Shown piece by piece: positions 28,828 to 32,628 of a stretch of DNA of 32,628 nucleotides. The stretch's first letter is position 1. Every line of letters begins with the position of its first letter. Origin of the DNA: Gemmatimonadales bacterium (lineage in GTDB: Bacteria > Gemmatimonadota > Gemmatimonadetes > Gemmatimonadales > GWC2-71-9); assembly GCA_041613315.1 (NCBI GenBank), contig JBFJHJ010000035.1, forward strand, positions 1-32,628, in the 5' to 3' direction. The position numbers were made by a program, and so were the translations under genes. Under the pieces are notes generated by a model that saw only the letters and a program-made list of their open reading frames with translations, was not told the origin of the DNA and searched no databases.

Positions 28828-30462
28828 ATGCGCCAACTCACGCGTGCCGGATCGCGCGGTCTCGCTGCCCCGCTCCTCGCCGGTCTGCTGCTCGGGTGCG
28901 GGCAAGCTGCCGTCGTGCCGTTCGACGTGCTCCTTCAGGGTGGCACCGTCGTGGACGGCACCGGCGCGCCGCCGTTTCGGGCGGATGTGGCGATCCGTGG
29001 TGACCGCATCGTGCGCGTGAGCACCCCCGGACTCGCCGCGGACTCGGCCGCCCTGGTGCTCGACGCGGGCGGCCTGATCGTGGCGCCCGGCTTCATCGAC
29101 AACCACGCCCACGTGCAGACGACGCTCCATTTGCGTCCGCTCGCGGAGAACTTCGTGCGCCAGGGGATCACCACGATCCTCGCCTCGCTCCACAGCGGCG
29201 ACCAACCGTGGCCACTCGGGGCGTACATGGCGTCGCTCGCCACGGCGCCCAACGTCGGGTTCTTCGCGGGCCACACCTGGACGCGGAAGCAGGTGCTGGG
29301 CATGGCGAACCGAGCGCCCACGCCGGAAGAGCTCGAGCGGATGAAGGCGCTGGTAGACCGGAGCATGCGCGACGGCGCCCTCGGGTTCTCCACCGGCCTC
29401 CTCTATGTTCCCGCCAACTACGCCGCGACCGACGAGTTGATCGAGTTGGCGAGAGTGGCGGCGCGCCACGGCGGGATCTACGTCTCGCACATGCGGGACG
29501 AGGGCACCGGGTTGATCGCATCCGTGGCCGAAGTCATTCGCATCGCCGACGAAGCGGGGATCCCGGCGCAGATCAACCATCACAAGGCGGTGGGGGTGGG
29601 GCAGTGGGGCTGGAGCGCCCGGACCCTCGCCATGATCGATTCGGCGCGGGCCAGGGGCCTGGACGTGACGCACGATCTCTACCCCTACACCGCGTCCAGC
29701 ACCGGCTCGAGTATCCTCTTTCCGCAATGGGCGCTGTCGGGCGGACCCGACTCTCTCGCCGCCCGGCTGGCGGACGCTCCCACCCGCCGGCGGATCGAGA
29801 CGGCGATGCGCGCGATCATGGAGAACGAGCGGGCGGGGGAGGATCTGGGGCGCATCCAGTTCCGGGTCGTGCCGTCCAACCCGCGTTACAACGGCAGGAC
29901 GCTCGCCGACCTGGCGCGGGACCGCCGCCTCCCGAACGCGCTCGACTCCGGTATCCGGCTCGTGATCGAGCTACAGCTGGCGGGCGGGTTCAGCGCCATC
30001 TATCATTCGATGAGCGAAGACGACGTGGCGCGCATCATGCGGCACCCGCTCGCGATGTTCGAGACCGACGGCGATCCCGTGGGGTACGGAATCGACTATC
30101 CCCACCCTCGGAGCTACGGGGCCTTCCCGCGGGTGCTGGCCCGTTACGTCCGCGAGCAGGGCGTGCTTACGCTTGAAGACGCGATTCGGCGCATGACGTC
30201 GCTGCCCGCCGATCAGGTCGGCCAGCACGAGCGCGGCCGGATCGCGCCGGGTATGCTGGCGGATGTGACGGTGTTCGACTTCGAGACGATCGCTGACCGA
30301 GCGACGTTCACCGACCCGCACCAGTATCCCGTGGGCGTGCGGCATGTGCTGGTGAACGGGGTGCCGGTGATCCATGATGGCTCGCTCACGGGAGCGAAGC
30401 CGGGACGGGTATTGAAGGGGCCGGCGCGGACGGGGGGGAGTGCGAGGGGGAGTGAGAGGTAG
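28828..30462 (+). CDS. N-acyl-D-amino-acid deacylase (D-aminoacylase family) with a lipoprotein-type signal
   Basis: GGTVVDGTG, APGFIDNHAH, GFSTGLLYVP, SHMRDEG, HPRSYGAFPRVL and GRIAPGMLADV motifs. LLLGC lipobox-like motif; GGAGG RBS. Confidence 0.9.
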   Translation: MRQLTRAGSRGLAAPLLAGLLLGCGQAAVVPFDVLLQGGTVVDGTGAPPFRADVAIRGDRIVRVSTPGLAADSAALVLDAGGLIVAPGFIDNHAHVQTTLHLRPLAENFVRQGITTILASLHSGDQPWPLGAYMASLATAPNVGFFAGHTWTRKQVLGMANRAPTPEELERMKALVDRSMRDGALGFSTGLLYVPANYAATDELIELARVAARHGGIYVSHMRDEGTGLIASVAEVIRIADEAGIPAQINHHKAVGVGQWGWSARTLAMIDSARARGLDVTHDLYPYTASSTGSSILFPQWALSGGPDSLAARLADAPTRRRIETAMRAIMENERAGEDLGRIQFRVVPSNPRYNGRTLADLARDRRLPNALDSGIRLVIELQLAGGFSAIYHSMSEDDVARIMRHPLAMFETDGDPVGYGIDYPHPRSYGAFPRVLARYVREQGVLTLEDAIRRMTSLPADQVGQHERGRIAPGMLADVTVFDFETIADRATFTDPHQYPVGVRHVLVNGVPVIHDGSLTGAKPGRVLKGPARTGGSARGSER

Positions 30463-30474
30463 CCGTCGGACGTG

Positions 30475-30849
30475 CTAGCCCGTTTCCCACCACGCGATCT
30501 CGCCGGAATGGCCGCAGCCGACACACGTGGCGTCGCGGGGCTCGCCGAACAGTCGGACCCGTCGGCCGCAGGAGGGGCAGACGCCGTAGGTCCGGCCCAC
30601 GTCTTCCTTCGAACCTTCCACCGGATTGTGGCTGTTCCGCGCCCGGTACACCACGGTGAAACGGTCGGGGCGGTGGTCGCGCAGCTCGATCAATTCGCGG
30701 CCCACCGTGGCGTGCTTGCGGCGAACCTCGAGCACGACCATCGATTCCGTTTCACCGACCACCTTGTACCACGCGCCCTGACGCAACATGGGATCGGTCT
30801 TGGGGCGGGACGTGGCCCAAAGGCGGGCCCAGCGCTCCTTCATCGCCAT
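30475..30849 (-). CDS. Hypothetical protein with a C-terminal Zn ribbon
   Basis: LRQGAWYKVV, VVLEV, FTVV, CPSC and CVGCG motifs. Paralogue of 24677..25042. Confidence 0.82.
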   Translation of the reverse strand: MAMKERWARLWATSRPKTDPMLRQGAWYKVVGETESMVVLEVRRKHATVGRELIELRDHRPDRFTVVYRARNSHNPVEGSKEDVGRTYGVCPSCGRRVRLFGEPRDATCVGCGHSGEIAWWETG

Positions 30850-30928
30850 TCGCGGCGCGATCCTCCGAACGGAGTGGCGTCGGTGTGTGGACGGATGGTG
30901 AACATAGCGGCCGCGGCACCCGTCGGGC

Positions 30929-30944
30929 TGTAATCCAGATTACA
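30929..30944. promoter_or_regulatory. Perfect AT-rich inverted repeat, candidate operator
   Basis: TGTAATC-CA-GATTACA in a divergent intergenic region. Confidence 0.45.
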
Positions 30945-31013
30945 TGTGTCTGGCGACGGAGCTCGCGTGCCGTGTCTTGCCGATCGGACTGCAACTTCTC
31001 AGGGAGGTGTTCT

Positions 31014-31571
31014 ATGACCCGGAGTTTGGCTCTCGTCGGGCTGGTGGCCGTGGGGCTTGGCGTGCCGGCCGACCGTGCTGTCGCGCAGGCCAAGGACGCG
31101 CCCAAGAACCCGCGCGCAAAGATCGAGAACGCCATGAGTGCGGCACCCGCCGAGCTGGCGAAGAACGCCACGGTGATGGACTGGGACCATACCGTGCTCA
31201 AGCCGGGCACGAACGGCTGGACCTGTTTCCCGGACGTGCCGGACTCGCCGGGCAACGATCCCATGTGTCTTGACGCGCAGTGGGTGAAGTGGGCGGACGG
31301 GTGGATGAACAAGCGGCAGCCGATGGTCGACGCGCTCGGACTGGGCTATATGCTCCGAGGGGGGTCGGACGCCAGCAATACGGATCCCTATGCCACGGCG
31401 CCGGCGCCCGGGGACACCTGGGTGCATAGCGGGCCGCACCTGATGGTGGTGGTACCGGACCCCGCGGCGCTCAACCATCTCCCGACCGACCCGAACAACG
31501 GGGGGCCGTGGGTCATGTGGAAGGGAACGCCCTACGCGCACATCATGGTCCCGATCGCGAAGGCCAAGTAG
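31014..31571 (+). CDS. Secreted hypothetical protein, 185 aa
   Basis: GGGAGGTG RBS, signal peptide (AVA-Q), and SAAP, GTNGWTC, DPMC, GPHLM and YAHIMVP segments. Confidence 0.85.
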   Translation: MTRSLALVGLVAVGLGVPADRAVAQAKDAPKNPRAKIENAMSAAPAELAKNATVMDWDHTVLKPGTNGWTCFPDVPDSPGNDPMCLDAQWVKWADGWMNKRQPMVDALGLGYMLRGGSDASNTDPYATAPAPGDTWVHSGPHLMVVVPDPAALNHLPTDPNNGGPWVMWKGTPYAHIMVPIAKAK

Positions 31572-31839
31572 TCCCGGCCGCCCGCGTGGGACGGGCGGCG
31601 GTGTTGTACAGCCAGGCGAAGATCGCGCCGGCGATCGCGCCATCGACCAGGCCATACAGCGTCACGATGATCACGGAGCCGAGCCCGCCGGGTCCGTCAT
31701 ACCCGGGGTACAGCGCCGCCCCGATCTCGAGATAGGCGACGCCGTAGGCCGGGGCGATGAGGTTCACGACCCCGACCAGGAAGAACCCTCCGCCCCACAG
31801 GACGGCGGCTGCCACCGCGAGCGCCTTGATGTGCAACAT
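31543..31839 (-). CDS. Small membrane protein, 98 aa
   Basis: Two to three hydrophobic segments, YPGY and DGAIAGAIFAWLYN. GGAGGG RBS. Confidence 0.8.
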   Translation of the reverse strand: MLHIKALAVAAAVLWGGGFFLVGVVNLIAPAYGVAYLEIGAALYPGYDGPGGLGSVIIVTLYGLVDGAIAGAIFAWLYNTAARPTRAAGTTWPSRSGP

Positions 31840-31957
31840 GGTCGTGCCCTCCGGCTAAGGTGTGCACGCCGCCGCGGCGCCGGTCCAGGTGTCGGCGCCG
31901 CCGGGCGCCACCTACATATAGGGAAGAACGTTACGCCGGGAAAGGAACGGCCGCTCG

Positions 31958-32628
31958 ATGAATCGTCGCGAGTTCCAACGTACGCTCGGCGCCGTGGTGG
32001 GAGGGATGCTCGTGACCGGACGGGGCGGCCAGGGCGCGACCGCGCCGCGCGTCGACGGCGCCCGCCTCCTGGCGCGGCTGCGCGCGCTCGCCGCGTTCGG
32101 CCGCACGCCCGATGGCGGCATCAGCCGCGTCGCCTACAGCGACGCCGATCGGGCGGCCCGCGAGTACGTGATCGGCCTGCTACGCGCTGCCGGGCTCGCC
32201 ACGGAGATCGACGCCGCCGGCAACATCATCGGTCGCCGCCCGGGCCGCGACCGCCGCTTGGCGCCGCTCGTGTGCGGCTCCCACATCGACTCGGTGCCGG
32301 GCGGCGGCAACTTCGACGGGCAGGTGGGGTCGATGGGAGCGCTGGAAGTGGCGCAGACGCTGGCGGACCGCGCGATCGTCACCCGCCATCCCCTGGAGTT
32401 CGTGATCTTCTCGAATGAAGAGGGCGGCAAGACGGGAAGCCGCGTGATGGTCGGGGAGATGGCGGCGCGCGAGCTGGAGCTCGTCACGGCCAGCGGTCGC
32501 ACCATCGGAGCTGGGATCACCTTCCTCGGTGGAGACCTTGCCCGGCTCGCCGGGGTGCGGCGCGGCTCGGGAGACGTGCGCGCGTTCCTCGAGCTGCACG
32601 TGGAGCAGGGCGGCGTGCTCGAGCGCGA
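31958..32628 (+). CDS. Zn-dependent M20 hydrolase (allantoate amidohydrolase / N-carbamoyl-L-amino-acid hydrolase family), Tat signal, 3'-truncated
   Basis: My translation gives MNRREFQ (twin-arginine), DAAGN, GSHIDSVPGGGNFDG, NEEG and FLELHVEQG. It runs off the window end and is absent from the ORF track. Confidence 0.9.
   Translation, partial: MNRREFQRTLGAVVGGMLVTGRGGQGATAPRVDGARLLARLRALAAFGRTPDGGISRVAYSDADRAAREYVIGLLRAAGLATEIDAAGNIIGRRPGRDRRLAPLVCGSHIDSVPGGGNFDGQVGSMGALEVAQTLADRAIVTRHPLEFVIFSNEEGGKTGSRVMVGEMAARELELVTASGRTIGAGITFLGGDLARLAGVRRGSGDVRAFLELHVEQGGVLER

Noticed and set aside
31543..31839. Resemblance of the small membrane protein to proteins sometimes labelled holins
   Set aside because: No phage, lysin or integrase genes are nearby, so neither a prophage nor a holin call is supportable.

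Overview
A very GC-rich bacterial window. Gemmatimonadota is my inference from gene content and style, not a verified assignment. The centrepiece is a ~15 kb minus-strand, largely translationally coupled operon: korA-korB (two-subunit 2-oxoacid:ferredoxin oxidoreductase), a 338-aa unknown, rnfB, a very long (1682-aa) NifJ-type pyruvate:ferredoxin oxidoreductase with an extra linker-tethered C-terminal ferredoxin, rnfC-D-G-E-A, a 59-aa Cys-rich membrane peptide and apbE. The PFOR sits inside the rnf operon, between rnfB and rnfC. By eye, the 338-aa protein aligns with the PFOR's own beta (TPP-binding) region but lacks its cofactor motifs, suggesting a pseudo-enzyme or adaptor subunit. Left flank: a possible structured RNA with a terminator, a universal stress protein, a membrane protein, a VPS10/BNR-repeat protein and a small hypothetical. 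Right flank: an alpha/beta hydrolase, a sarcosine-oxidase-like flavoprotein, two paralogous Zn-ribbon proteins, a 27-aa Cys/His micro-ORF with a perfect Shine-Dalgarno site, a lipoprotein, hutF, argE, a D-aminoacylase and a truncated Tat-exported M20 hydrolase. I found no tRNA, rRNA, CRISPR array or mobile element. All calls come from motif reading only; no searches were run.
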